IMG/VR virus record: IMGVR_UViG_3300037485_001485
Location: 1-64,000 of that record
Direction: 5' to 3' (one strand)
Source: a virus
Length of the DNA: 64,000 nt
The notes under the pieces were generated by a model. The model was not told the origin of the DNA. It searched no databases and was given only the letters and a program-made list of their open reading frames with translations. Every line of letters starts with the position of its first letter. The first letter of the stretch is position 1. Made by a program: the position numbers and the translations under genes. Below are positions 1 to 9,568 of the stretch, piece by piece.

Positions 1-2217
1 GCAAGCGAAGCGAACACGGGGGGTCGCGTCAAGGTAATGCCGACGCTTTCCCCTGGGTTTGTCGTCCACCTTCCGAAGTGGACGGTGCCGTTTCGCTCCG
101 ACGTCGGCCGTGCAATGCGCTGGTTTCGGGGGACGCTGGTGTGGCGACCCCCGACGGCGATCTATCAACCGACGCCCGAGCAGTTGGCGGCCTTCATTCT
201 CCGGCCCGGCGGGGTGCTCGCCTACGACTACGAGACGGATGGGATCGAGCCGCTGACGTGCAATGTCCGCTGCATCGGCATCGGGGACGCCGACAACGTC
301 CACCTTGTCGGGCTCGTCGCCAAGGACGGCGTGAGCCGCTTCTACACGCCCGCCGACGAAGCGCGCATTCACACGATCCTCCGCGAGTTCTTCGTCCGGC
401 CCGACATCATCAAGGTCGGGCACAACGCCGGAAGCTACGACCGCATGGTCGTCCGCGCGCAATACGGCATTGACCCGATGCCGACGCTCGACACGATCCT
501 GCTTCACCGGCTCGTGGAGTCGGAGCTACCGCACTCCCTCGCGTTCGTCGGGTCGATGTATACGGACATCCACGCATGGAAAACCGACCGCGAAGGTCGC
601 AAACTCGCGTTCGACTCCGAAACCGATGAGGAGCTTCACCGCTACTGTGTGCTCGACGTGGCCGTCACGGCGCGGGTGCTTCCGCCGCTCTACGACGCGA
701 CGCGGGTGCGCGCTCAGGACCATCTGATCGCGTGCGACCACAAGATCCAGCGCATCTGCTGCGACATGCACACGGTCGGCATGTACGTCGATCAAGCGGC
801 GCGCACGGTGAAGGAGAAGAGCAAGCTCCGCGAGGTGTTGGACCTCCGCGCGTCGCTTCGCGAGGCTTCCGGGCTCCCCGACCTGAACCCTGGATCGACG
901 CACGCCTTGCGGCGTCTCCTGTTCGGGACGTGGGATCTCACGCCCCCGATTGACGACGATCTGCGGTTCACGGGCAGCGGCGACCCTTCGACCAACGACG
1001 ACGTCATCCGGGGATGCTTGATGATCCCCAAGCTGACCGACCAGCAGAAGGTCTTCCTGAAGACGCTGCGGAACTACCGCTCCGCACAGAAGGAGTTGGG
1101 GACGTACATCGTCAAGTTGCGGCCCCTGACCGACGCCGTGGACGGCATCGGCTGGGACGAAGACGAGGGCGAAGACGAGCGCGGCGAGCGCGAGAAGCGA
1201 GGCTACGAGAAGCGCGGCATCGTTTGGGCCGACGGTAGGATGCGCCCCGGATACAACGCGCACGTCACGGTGACGGGGCGGTTGTCCTCGTCCAAGCCGA
1301 TCAACGCCCAGAACTTCCCGAAGGGGCTGAGGTCGCTGATCACGGCGCAACCGGGCCACGTCCTCGTCGGCGCCGACGCCGACCAGTTGGAGCTACGGAT
1401 CGCGGCGTCGCGGTGGGGCTGCAAGCTCTACCTCGACGCCTTCGCCGCCGGAGCCGACCCGCACAGCATGACGGCGATGGCGGTGTTCGGGGACCGCTTC
1501 GCCGCGTCGAAGGGGTTCCCCGAGGGGAACCGCTTCCTCCGTCCCGGCGACCGGCGCATTCCGTTCCTGTTCCAGCCCACGGGCAAGTGGAGCGACGACG
1601 CCTATCGGATGCGAAACCTCGCGAAGATGGTGCAGTACGCCTCGCAATACGGCGGATCGGTCGAGACGGTTCTTCGGCTCCTTCAGTTGACCGAAGACGA
1701 CAAGGGCGAGCTGGTCTACCTGGGGCTCACGCTTCGCGAGGTCCGCGCGATGCACCAAGCGTGGCTGGAAGGCGCCCGCGAGTTCCCGATGGGCTGGGAA
1801 CAGGAGCTTGCGTCGTTCCGCGCACAGGGCTTCATCTCCGAGCCCGTGATGGGGCGGCGCCGCGACTGCCTGAACGGCGAAGACCTCAACGAGATCGTCA
1901 ACTTCCCGATCCAGGGCGCGGCGTCGTCGCTGATGAACCGCGCCATGATCCAGATCGCAGGCGAGATCCCGCTTCACAAGTGGGGGCCGGGAACCGGCCT
2001 AATCACGCAGACGCACGACGCCCTGGTGATCGAGTGCCCCCAGGACACGGCGACCTACGACGCGGAGGCGAAGAAGTGGACGGCGCCGGAGGGGTCGATC
2101 CCGTGGCGCGTACAGCAGATCATCGAAGACGCCATGCGGCAGACCGACCCGTCGCTCCCCGGTGTCACGTTCACGGCCACCGCCGACATCGGCTTCACTT
2201 GGAAGGAAGTAGGATGA
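1..2217 (+). CDS. polA: Family A DNA polymerase with 3'-5' exonuclease, probably 5'-truncated (possible N-terminal UDG-like domain)
   Basis: Exo motifs YDYETDG, GHNAGSYD, YCVLD; TGRLSS; motif A DADQLELR, motif B RNLAKMVQYASQYG, motif C THDAL. The frame is open upstream of ATG 37 to the window edge. Confidence 0.95.
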   Translation, partial: ASEANTGGRVKVMPTLSPGFVVHLPKWTVPFRSDVGRAMRWFRGTLVWRPPTAIYQPTPEQLAAFILRPGGVLAYDYETDGIEPLTCNVRCIGIGDADNVHLVGLVAKDGVSRFYTPADEARIHTILREFFVRPDIIKVGHNAGSYDRMVVRAQYGIDPMPTLDTILLHRLVESELPHSLAFVGSMYTDIHAWKTDREGRKLAFDSETDEELHRYCVLDVAVTARVLPPLYDATRVRAQDHLIACDHKIQRICCDMHTVGMYVDQAARTVKEKSKLREVLDLRASLREASGLPDLNPGSTHALRRLLFGTWDLTPPIDDDLRFTGSGDPSTNDDVIRGCLMIPKLTDQQKVFLKTLRNYRSAQKELGTYIVKLRPLTDAVDGIGWDEDEGEDERGEREKRGYEKRGIVWADGRMRPGYNAHVTVTGRLSSSKPINAQNFPKGLRSLITAQPGHVLVGADADQLELRIAASRWGCKLYLDAFAAGADPHSMTAMAVFGDRFAASKGFPEGNRFLRPGDRRIPFLFQPTGKWSDDAYRMRNLAKMVQYASQYGGSVETVLRLLQLTEDDKGELVYLGLTLREVRAMHQAWLEGAREFPMGWEQELASFRAQGFISEPVMGRRRDCLNGEDLNEIVNFPIQGAASSLMNRAMIQIAGEIPLHKWGPGTGLITQTHDALVIECPQDTATYDAEAKKWTAPEGSIPWRVQQIIEDAMRQTDPSLPGVTFTATADIGFTWKEVG

Positions 2218-2612
2218 AGCGCATCTTTCTCGCCGCCGCCAAGGGCGATTCGCCCGACAAGGTCGCCGCGTGGAAAGCGGAGATCGAGGTGCAAGCCCCC
2301 GGCGTCGCCATCGTGGACGGGCTGACCGATTGGGGAGAGAACTTCTCCCGGTGCGGTGGGTGGAGCGGCTGGGTTCAGGACGTTGCGCGAGGGCGCGACC
2401 TGAACGGCCGCCCGCGCTTCGACGCGGTTGTCTGCCCTCGGGCGAGCGTCGGCAAGGCGACGGCGCAGATCGTGGAAGCGGCTCTTCAGGAGCGAAAGCC
2501 GGTTTTGCTGGTGGACGCGGGGGGCGTGCGGCGGGTCACGGGTGTCGTGCAAACCGATTCGGATTCGTGGAAGGCGGGCTGGGAGCTGGTAACAGACGGG
2601 GCAGGGGCATAG
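2214..2612 (+). CDS. Hypothetical protein (MKRIFLAAAKG...)
   Basis: ATG at 2214 overlaps the polA stop; normal globular composition. Confidence 0.7.
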   Translation: MKRIFLAAAKGDSPDKVAAWKAEIEVQAPGVAIVDGLTDWGENFSRCGGWSGWVQDVARGRDLNGRPRFDAVVCPRASVGKATAQIVEAALQERKPVLLVDAGGVRRVTGVVQTDSDSWKAGWELVTDGAGA

Positions 2613-2620
2613 GGGTCAGG

Positions 2621-2649
2621 TTGACGGAAGGCAACAAAAGGGCTAATCA
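2621..2649 (+). promoter_or_regulatory. Sigma70-like promoter of the repeated family
   Basis: TTGACG-17nt(GAAGGCAA...GGC)-TAATCA upstream of 2668. Confidence 0.5.
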
Positions 2650-2667
2650 TGCAGAAAGGGTACTACA

Positions 2668-2916
2668 ATGGGATCAACGGACGAAACGACGGAACTGGCG
2701 TCGCCAGCACAGCAGATCGTGACGGCGCTGATGGATCGGGGCTACTCCGCGATGCAGATCGCGGATCTGCTCGACGGTCGGGTGTCGTGGCGGACGATCT
2801 ACCGTTGGGCGAAGGGGGAGGCGAAGCCGCAACGCCCGTCGGACGAGGAAGCCCTACGCGAACTGGAGGCGCTGCTGACGGCGCCGGACCTCCTCCCGCC
2901 GACCCCGGAGGGGTAG
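2668..2916 (+). CDS. Helix-turn-helix DNA-binding protein
   Basis: SAMQIADLL...VSWRTIYRWAKG HTH pattern. Confidence 0.8.
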   Translation: MGSTDETTELASPAQQIVTALMDRGYSAMQIADLLDGRVSWRTIYRWAKGEAKPQRPSDEEALRELEALLTAPDLLPPTPEG

Positions 2917-2929
2917 TTCGACGGGAGCG

Positions 2930-2958
2930 TTGACAAATGGCAACGGCGAAGCTATGAA
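2930..2958 (+). promoter_or_regulatory. Sigma70-like promoter of the repeated family
   Basis: TTGACA-17nt(AATGGCAA...GC)-TATGAA; RBS AAGGAGG before ATG 2996. Confidence 0.65.
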
Positions 2959-2995
2959 GTCCGCTCAGTCCGAACCATGCAAGGAGGCACCTGTC

Positions 2996-4756
2996 ATGTA
3001 CGTCAAGAGCATCGAAAGCAACGTGAAGAAGGGCGCGAAGACGGAGTTGGGGCGTTTGACCTTGATTGTCGGCCCGAACGGCGGGGGGAAGTCGAGCATC
3101 GTCAACGGTGTCGAACTCGCTCTGACCGGGCGCGCATCCGACGTCGTCGGACGCGCCGAGGTCGCCAAGGGGATCGACCTGTTGACGCTCGCTCCGGCGG
3201 CCGACGACGCCTTGTGGGCGAACGTGCGGCTGTCGGACGGGCGAGAGGCGTCGTGGCGCTGCGAACGCAACACGCGCACGGGCGGGGCGCGCGAGGCCAC
3301 GCACTCCCTCCCCAACGGGGTGAAGATCACCTTCCCGGTGCGCGCCGTCCGTGAGGCGCTGGCGGGGGCGCCGGCTACGGTGCGCGCGTGGCTCGTCGGG
3401 CGCATCGGCTCGACGGTGAGCGAAGAGGCGATCCGGGGGCTGATCCCCGAGGATCTGCACGCGCCCTATGCGGATCTCATCAAGCCCCTGTTTGGCTACC
3501 CGGCTCAGGTGCTCCTCGATGCCCGCGAAGCGGCGGCGAAGCAGGCGCGCAACGCCGGAACCGACGCGAAGGCGGCCAACGCCCTCGCCGAGCAGACGGG
3601 GGCGAACCTCGCCGGGGAGCCGAGCGAAGAGGACGTGGAGGCCGCGCGCCATCGGGTGCGCGAGGCGGCGGTCGCCGCGTCTGCGGGGTCGGCTCCGCGT
3701 CCGGCGCGGTTCAACCTCGCTGCGCTCCGCGCGCAGGCCGAGGTGAAGATCAAGCTCTACGCCGACTTCGACGCCGAAGCGGCGCGCCTTCAGGGCATCC
3801 TCGACACCACGCCCGCCGTCAACGCCGACGTGGTCCGCATCCGCGACGCCTTGACGCGGGTGCTGGTGTTCACGGCCCAGAAGGACGCCGCCGACTGTCT
3901 GATCTGCAATAGCGCCGTGCCCCACGGCGCCCACGCGGCGATGCTCCAGCGTGCCGAGACGCTGACCCGTGCCGCCCAAGGGGACGTGGTCGCCGTGGAG
4001 GCACAGGCGCGGCTGGGGCTCGTCCAGACGGCGCTGGCAGACGCACAGGGACGCGCCGAAGAGGCCGTGCGCGGCTTCCGCGACGCCGAAGCCGAAGATG
4101 CGCGGATCGCCGCGCTGCCGGAAGCGGCGGCGTCCCAGGGCGACGCGCTCGCGGCGCTCCGCGCCGCCGAGGAACAGGTGCGCGCATTGGAGGGTGCCCG
4201 CGCCGCGTGGTCGAACGTCCGCGCTGCGAAGGCTCGCGCCCGCGACCTCTCCGCGCGCCAGCGTGTCTATGCCGACCTGCACACGGCCATCGAAGACGCC
4301 ATCGTCGGCGTGCTGGACCGTGCGCGCTCCGGCTTCGCGAAGAAGGTGCAGTCGTACCTGCCCGCCGAGGACGCCTTCGACCTTGTGCTCGATGACAACG
4401 GAAAGGACGTGTGCAAGTTCGGCTTCACGCGCGACGGCGTCCTTCACACGGCGCTCTCCGGCGCCGAGTGGGCGCGGTTGACGCTCGCCCTTGCGGCGGC
4501 CGTTACGAGCGACGAAGAAGCAGACCTCGCCGTCCTGACCCCGGAAGATCGGGCGTTCGACCCGGAAACGCTGGCCTCGGTCATGCGCGCCCTGGGCAAC
4601 GCTCCGGGGCAAGTGCTCCTCTGCTCCCCGGTGGCCCCGGCGGGCCGCACCCCGAAGGGGTGGACGATCATCGACCTGACCGCGCCGAAGGTGCCGAAGG
4701 GCGGGAAGAAGGCCGACGAAGCCGCGACCTTCGATTCCATCGGGGAAGCCAAGTAG
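2996..4756 (+). CDS. Rad50/SbcC-like SMC-family ATPase
   Basis: Walker A GPNGGGKSS, Ala-rich coiled coils with central CLIC zinc hook, ABC signature LSGAE, degenerate Walker B VLTPED. Confidence 0.8.
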   Translation: MYVKSIESNVKKGAKTELGRLTLIVGPNGGGKSSIVNGVELALTGRASDVVGRAEVAKGIDLLTLAPAADDALWANVRLSDGREASWRCERNTRTGGAREATHSLPNGVKITFPVRAVREALAGAPATVRAWLVGRIGSTVSEEAIRGLIPEDLHAPYADLIKPLFGYPAQVLLDAREAAAKQARNAGTDAKAANALAEQTGANLAGEPSEEDVEAARHRVREAAVAASAGSAPRPARFNLAALRAQAEVKIKLYADFDAEAARLQGILDTTPAVNADVVRIRDALTRVLVFTAQKDAADCLICNSAVPHGAHAAMLQRAETLTRAAQGDVVAVEAQARLGLVQTALADAQGRAEEAVRGFRDAEAEDARIAALPEAAASQGDALAALRAAEEQVRALEGARAAWSNVRAAKARARDLSARQRVYADLHTAIEDAIVGVLDRARSGFAKKVQSYLPAEDAFDLVLDDNGKDVCKFGFTRDGVLHTALSGAEWARLTLALAAAVTSDEEADLAVLTPEDRAFDPETLASVMRALGNAPGQVLLCSPVAPAGRTPKGWTIIDLTAPKVPKGGKKADEAATFDSIGEAK

Positions 4757-4769
4757 TTATAGTTACGGC

Positions 4770-5156
4770 GTGAAACGTACTCGCGCCATCTTCCGCACCC
4801 TCGCAGGCGGCATCGCACCCCACGCTCCGGGGCTGCGGTGCCGCCTTTCGCGTGGCGACCCCGCCGACTTCCCCCACGCGCGAAACTTCGCAATGTGCGG
4901 GTTGGAAGCTCACGATGAAGCCAACGTCATCGTTGCGCCGAAGCTGGAGCGCGAGCCCGACGACGTGATCCACGCGCTGCTCCGGCACGAACTGGCCCAC
5001 GGCATCCTGCTGTTTTGCGGGCACGACGATCATTCCGAGCGCGACGCCGACGCGCTCGCCGAAGCCATCTGGGGCGACCGGCTGAACTACGACCATCGGG
5101 ACGTGCAAACCCTTGCGCCGGGCCGTCACCCGCGCCCCGAGCACCTTCACCGATGA
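4770..5156 (+). CDS. Small HExxH metallopeptidase-like protein
   Basis: LLRHELAHG...H..E..AD motif. Confidence 0.6.
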   Translation: MKRTRAIFRTLAGGIAPHAPGLRCRLSRGDPADFPHARNFAMCGLEAHDEANVIVAPKLEREPDDVIHALLRHELAHGILLFCGHDDHSERDADALAEAIWGDRLNYDHRDVQTLAPGRHPRPEHLHR

Positions 5157-5938
5157 CGCTGGACCGCCACCTCGCCGAGCGCGGGCTGCTGCCCAACACC
5201 CGGAAAACCTACGAACACCTCGCCGCGCAAGCGGGCGACGACCCCGTCGCGTGGCTGAAGGGCTTGATCGCGACCCGGCGCCCGATGGGCACGCTGGCCC
5301 CGGCGCGTGCCGCCGTGCGGCATCGCATGGAAGCCGAGGGCATGAGTGAGATCGAGGTTCGGGCGCTGCTGCCGCGCATCCGAGGCCCGAAGGGAAAGAC
5401 CCGCGAAGCCCTCTCCCCCGAAGACCTCATCGCCTACTACGAGGCCGTCGAAGCGGAGGCGAACGAGCCGATCCGCACGATCCTCCTCCTGCTGCCGCGC
5501 ACGGGGCTCCGCATCACCGAAGCCTGCCGCCTTCGCCGGGAGAACGTGGTCGAGCGCGCGGGGCGCCTCGTACTGCGCTTCCGGGGCAAGGGCGACAAGG
5601 AACGGGTCGTTCCGCTGGGCGCGGCGGGGACGGCGCTGCTGCGCGTGGTCCTCCAGGGTGCGGGCGACGGCTTCCTGTTCCCAGGGCGCGGGGGTCCGAT
5701 CACCGACGCCGCCGTGCGCCGCGTCACGCGGGTCATCCGAGAGAAATACGGGATTACTACCGACCTTTCTCCGCATATCCTCCGACATACCTACGCGACG
5801 TCGTTGCTCTCCGAGGGCGTGGACGTGCGCTCGCTTCAGGCCCTCCTGGGCCATGAGTCGGCGAGCACCACGATGCGCTATCTGCATCCGAGCACGGACG
5901 ACCTCACGCGCGCCGTGGACAAGCTGGAGGGACTGTGA
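5153..5938 (+). CDS. Tyrosine recombinase (XerC/D-like)
   Basis: TGLRITE, GKGDKER, HILRHTYAT, LLGH, TMRY catalytic residues. Confidence 0.95.
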   Translation: MTLDRHLAERGLLPNTRKTYEHLAAQAGDDPVAWLKGLIATRRPMGTLAPARAAVRHRMEAEGMSEIEVRALLPRIRGPKGKTREALSPEDLIAYYEAVEAEANEPIRTILLLLPRTGLRITEACRLRRENVVERAGRLVLRFRGKGDKERVVPLGAAGTALLRVVLQGAGDGFLFPGRGGPITDAAVRRVTRVIREKYGITTDLSPHILRHTYATSLLSEGVDVRSLQALLGHESASTTMRYLHPSTDDLTRAVDKLEGL

Positions 5939-6489
5939 CGGACGAAGAGGCGCTGCGAAAGGCGCGACTGCTGAAGACGCTGACCGAGCGGGGCGCGACC
6001 GACGGGGAGCGCGCCGCCGCGAAGAACGTGCTCGACATGCTGCTGGCGAAGTACCCCGGCATCCGGGCGCAGTTAGAGGCGCCGGCCGGGGCTGAAACGG
6101 CTTCGCCCCCGCCGTGGGGCGGCGCATGGGGCGCGCAACCGCCGCCCCCACCGGGCGCGCGGCCCGGCGGGTTCCAGCCGAGCGGAAGGGCCGAGACGGC
6201 GAAGCCGGGAGGATTCATGGGCTCCGTGTGGGACTTTCTCCAGGGCGCCGCCGCGAGTGTGCGCGAGGGTCTGACGATCCGGGATCGCATCCGCGACGTG
6301 GCGGACGTGAGCACGACGCTCAACACGCGCACCTTCACGATGCGCGTCGTCATCCCCGTCCGCGATCTGGAGGATCTGCTGAACGAAGCCGGCCCCGAGC
6401 AAGACGAGATCATCGCCACCATTCTGGCGAGCTTTGTCCGCGAGGAGTTCCTGTCGGTGCTGGCTTCGATGGACGTCGAGGAAGAGTAG
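5935..6489 (+). CDS. Hypothetical protein with DUF2786-like N-terminus
   Basis: ARLLKTL..RGATDGERAAAKNVLDMLLAKY pattern. Confidence 0.55.
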   Translation: MTDEEALRKARLLKTLTERGATDGERAAAKNVLDMLLAKYPGIRAQLEAPAGAETASPPPWGGAWGAQPPPPPGARPGGFQPSGRAETAKPGGFMGSVWDFLQGAAASVREGLTIRDRIRDVADVSTTLNTRTFTMRVVIPVRDLEDLLNEAGPEQDEIIATILASFVREEFLSVLASMDVEEE

Positions 6490-6528
6490 CTCCCTGCTCG
6501 TCGGCTCGCGTGCGTGGTACGAAAGCGC

Positions 6529-6945
6529 ATGTCTGACAACCACGTCGCAGCCCGACTGTCCGCTGTTCCCGCGCCTGTGGCGCTCGTTGCAGCGCCGGCA
6601 GCGGCGGCGCCCCCTTCCGACGAAAGCGTCGGCACGGCGGGCTGGCTGCGGGAGATGCGAGAAATGCGTCGCGAACAACAGAAAGAGCGCGAGCACCAGA
6701 CCGAAGCCTTCGTCGGCGCCCTCGACAAGCTGGGGGCGCGCATCGACGTCAACCTGACCGATCTGCGCCTGGAGATGCGGAAGTACCTCACCATGCTCGT
6801 AGCGACGTTCGTGCTGTCGTTCGCGGTGCTGGGGGGCTTGGCGGGCCTCACGGTCTACTTCAAGGGGCTGGGGATGCTGATCCAGACCGTCCCCGCTGCC
6901 GAGCCCGCCGCCGAGCCCGCTGTCGAGCCCGCGCCTACGCCATGA
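6529..6945 (+). CDS. Coiled-coil membrane protein (possible holin-like)
   Basis: Coiled coil followed by TM segment YLTMLVATFVLSFAVLGGLAGL. Confidence 0.55.
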   Translation: MSDNHVAARLSAVPAPVALVAAPAAAAPPSDESVGTAGWLREMREMRREQQKEREHQTEAFVGALDKLGARIDVNLTDLRLEMRKYLTMLVATFVLSFAVLGGLAGLTVYFKGLGMLIQTVPAAEPAAEPAVEPAPTP

Positions 6946-7153
6946 ACTGGATGACGAGGGTATTCGCGGCGTCGAAGCCTCGGTTGACCACAAGGCCCAG
7001 CGGCTCCTCAACAAGGGTGACGCGACCTGGGATCGACGCCTCGCCCGCCGGAACGTCCCCGACGGCGACGGCGTAGACCTCCTGGGTGAGCGCGAGCTTC
7101 ACCACGGTGGGGTTCGCGTTGAGTACGGCGTTGAGGTAGGCGTAGGTGTCCAT
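6935..7153 (-). CDS. Small hypothetical structural protein
   Basis: Last gene of the minus-strand operon; abuts 7155. Confidence 0.6.
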   Translation of the reverse strand: MDTYAYLNAVLNANPTVVKLALTQEVYAVAVGDVPAGEASIPGRVTLVEEPLGLVVNRGFDAANTLVIQFMA

Positions 7154-7154
7154 G

Positions 7155-8138
7155 TCAGGCTCCGAGGAGAACGCCGTTCGCGGGCGCCGTTAGGCTCGCA
7201 CTGTAGAGGTAGCCGACGACGGTGGCGCCCTCGCGGATCGTTGCGCCCGAGTAGGTTTGGCGCGTTGCGATGTAGATCCCCCGACCCTGGCCCAGGAAGA
7301 CGCCAGCCGCCGAGGCGATGCAGTAGGGGATGCGCGGCACGTCACCCGAGAGTGAGCTAAAACCAATCGTACCCGTCGAAAGCGTGAAGCTGCCGAAACG
7401 CTTGGTTTGGACGCCTGCGCCGCCGAACATGACGGCGGTGCCCGGAGCGAAAATGCCCGCGTGGACCTCGTTGGCAACGCCGTTGTTTCCCTCGCCCCAT
7501 GCGCCGAAGTTGGTGGTGCCCAGCCAGTTCGTAGCTACCGTGGTCGCGCTGCCCGTGCCGCACATGGAATAGAGTCGCCCGTCGGACTCGCAGTTCCCCG
7601 CCGCCGACGAAAGCGGGTCGAACAGCGCGCCGAACTGGACGGACGACGTCACGCCCGACGAGGCCACGCCGAACTGGATCGCGCATCCCTCCTGTGACTC
7701 CCACATGAGGACGGTATCGTAAGCGATGGTCGAGAAGGCGCGCGTACCTCGCCAGTAGTTAGAGAAGCCCGACGTGAACGGCTGGGCGTTTCCCCACGAG
7801 GTGAAGGCGCCGCTGGCTCGATTCATGCCATAAAGCAGCGTGTTCACCTGCGTCCCAGAATCGGGCGTGAGGATCGGGTAGGCGACTGCGCCGACCTGAC
7901 CCCCGACAATGTAGCGGAAGTTCAGGGCGTTCACGGGCGGGTTCCCGTACACGGCAACCGTCACGCCGCTCACCTCGCGGAGCCACGTCCACGCACTGCC
8001 GGTGCCGGGGACGCGCGCGGTCCCATCGGCGTAGGTCGTCGCGGTCCCGAGCGCATACGCGGCGTCCAGGGCGTTGCTGATCGAGGACGTGATGCTTTTC
8101 GACCCGACATAGCGCCAGTTGAGAGCGGGGAGCGCCAC
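7155..8138 (-). CDS. Putative virion spike/fibre protein, paralogue of 8139-9107
   Basis: G/S/T-rich beta composition; shares PGTGSAWTW, NALNFRYI, MWESQEGC, ESDGR with its neighbour. Confidence 0.65.
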   Translation of the reverse strand: MALPALNWRYVGSKSITSSISNALDAAYALGTATTYADGTARVPGTGSAWTWLREVSGVTVAVYGNPPVNALNFRYIVGGQVGAVAYPILTPDSGTQVNTLLYGMNRASGAFTSWGNAQPFTSGFSNYWRGTRAFSTIAYDTVLMWESQEGCAIQFGVASSGVTSSVQFGALFDPLSSAAGNCESDGRLYSMCGTGSATTVATNWLGTTNFGAWGEGNNGVANEVHAGIFAPGTAVMFGGAGVQTKRFGSFTLSTGTIGFSSLSGDVPRIPYCIASAAGVFLGQGRGIYIATRQTYSGATIREGATVVGYLYSASLTAPANGVLLGA

Positions 8139-9107
8139 CTACGCCCCCAGCAAAACGGAATCGCTCGCCGCGTTCGTGCTGGCACCGAAGACGTAGCCCA
8201 CGGGGGTCGCGCCCACCGTGTAGACCTGCCGCGAGATCGCGTCTCGGATGACGTAGATATTCCGCGTCTGACCGAGGTAGTTTCCGGCAGTCGAGAGCTG
8301 GCTGAAGGGGATCCGCACGATGTCGCCGTTGGGCGAGACGAGCGCCGCCGAGGCGCTGAAGTCCCCGAACCGCGAGGTCTGCACCCCGGCCCCGCCGACC
8401 ATGACGGTGCTCCCCGGTGCGAGCGTTCCCGCGTGCGCGCCGTTGGCCCCTACGGCGCCAGATCCGAAAAGGCCCCCTCCTGTGGCGTTGAGCCAGCCGC
8501 CCGAGGTGGGGCCCACAGACCCGGTTCCGGACATGGAGTAGATGCGCCCATCCGACTCAGCGATGAGGGTGCTCGCCGAGAGCGGATCGAACAGAGCGCC
8601 GAGGGTGACCGCCGAAATGTTCCCCGTCGTCAGGCGATTGAACTGGATCACGCACCCTTCTTGACTCTCCCACATCGTCACGCTGTCATACGGGTTCGTG
8701 TAGGCCGCCGTTGCGCGCCAGTAGCCTGAGAAGCCGCTGGTGAACGGCTGGGCATTGACCCAGGACGTGTAGGCGCCGCTGCTGCGGTTCATGCCGTAAA
8801 CGATGATGTTGCCAAGGGTCGTTGCGTCGGGAGTGAGAAACGTGTAGGCGCCCGCGACCAGGGTGCCGCCGATGATGTAGCGGAAGTTCAAGGCGTTTGT
8901 CGGCGGGTTTCCGTAGGCTGCGACGGTCACGCCGCTGATCTCGCGGTTCCATGTCCAAGCGGAACCCGTGCCGGGGACGCGAACGGAGCCGTCCGCGTAG
9001 GTCACGGCGGTCCCAAGCGTATACACCGCGTCCAACGCCGAGTTGATCGAGGATACCGTGTGGTTGAGCGCGCCAACGTACTTCCAATTGAGCGTGGGGA
9101 GAGCCAT
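8139..9107 (-). CDS. Putative virion spike/fibre protein, paralogue of 7155-8138
   Basis: Colinear similarity with 7155-8138 over the full length. Confidence 0.65.
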   Translation of the reverse strand: MALPTLNWKYVGALNHTVSSINSALDAVYTLGTAVTYADGSVRVPGTGSAWTWNREISGVTVAAYGNPPTNALNFRYIIGGTLVAGAYTFLTPDATTLGNIIVYGMNRSSGAYTSWVNAQPFTSGFSGYWRATAAYTNPYDSVTMWESQEGCVIQFNRLTTGNISAVTLGALFDPLSASTLIAESDGRIYSMSGTGSVGPTSGGWLNATGGGLFGSGAVGANGAHAGTLAPGSTVMVGGAGVQTSRFGDFSASAALVSPNGDIVRIPFSQLSTAGNYLGQTRNIYVIRDAISRQVYTVGATPVGYVFGASTNAASDSVLLGA

Positions 9108-9568
9108 TATGCGATCACTCCGGCTTCAACGACGGCGGTGGTGGCTACGGGGAGCGCGTCTGCGCCATAGTCCAGATACTCGATGAGTTCCACCCCCGCG
9201 ATGAGGCTCACCGTCGCGGCGAGCGTCACCCATACCAGAGCGCCGGCCACGCGCGAGAGCACCTGCCCGTCCTGGGTCGCTGCGACGGCTTGCGCGGCGC
9301 CGGCCCCGTCGAAGGCCGCGACGGAGGTGACGGTCCCGGTGTGACCCGAGGCCGACCAGCCCAGGGAGGTGAGCGCCGTGTGAGCGGAGACGCCCCCGGC
9401 GCCCAGCCACGTCGCCGCGCCGAGGGCGTCGGACGTGCAGAGGTAGAGGGCGTCGGGAGTCGCGGAGGTATCTACCCACGCCGACCCGACGACGAAGCCC
9501 CGGCTGGAGTCGTCGTTCACCGTAGGCGCGGCGGCGCGGACAACCTGCGGGGGGAGACGGTAGCTCAT
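9107..9568 (-). CDS. Putative fibre protein
   Basis: APTVNDDSSRGFVVGSAWVD motif and DGQVL..VAG.L.W repeat typical of phage fibres. Confidence 0.6.
   Translation of the reverse strand: MSYRLPPQVVRAAAPTVNDDSSRGFVVGSAWVDTSATPDALYLCTSDALGAATWLGAGGVSAHTALTSLGWSASGHTGTVTSVAAFDGAGAAQAVAATQDGQVLSRVAGALVWVTLAATVSLIAGVELIEYLDYGADALPVATTAVVEAGVIA

Noticed and set aside
5153-5938. Integron integrase with cassette array
   Set aside because: No IntI-specific insertion is evident and I recognised no attC-like repeats. The sequence is XerC/D-like.
7155-9107. Diversity-generating retroelement TR/VR pair
   Set aside because: No reverse transcriptase in the window. The similarity is whole-gene paralogy, not adenine-specific variation.
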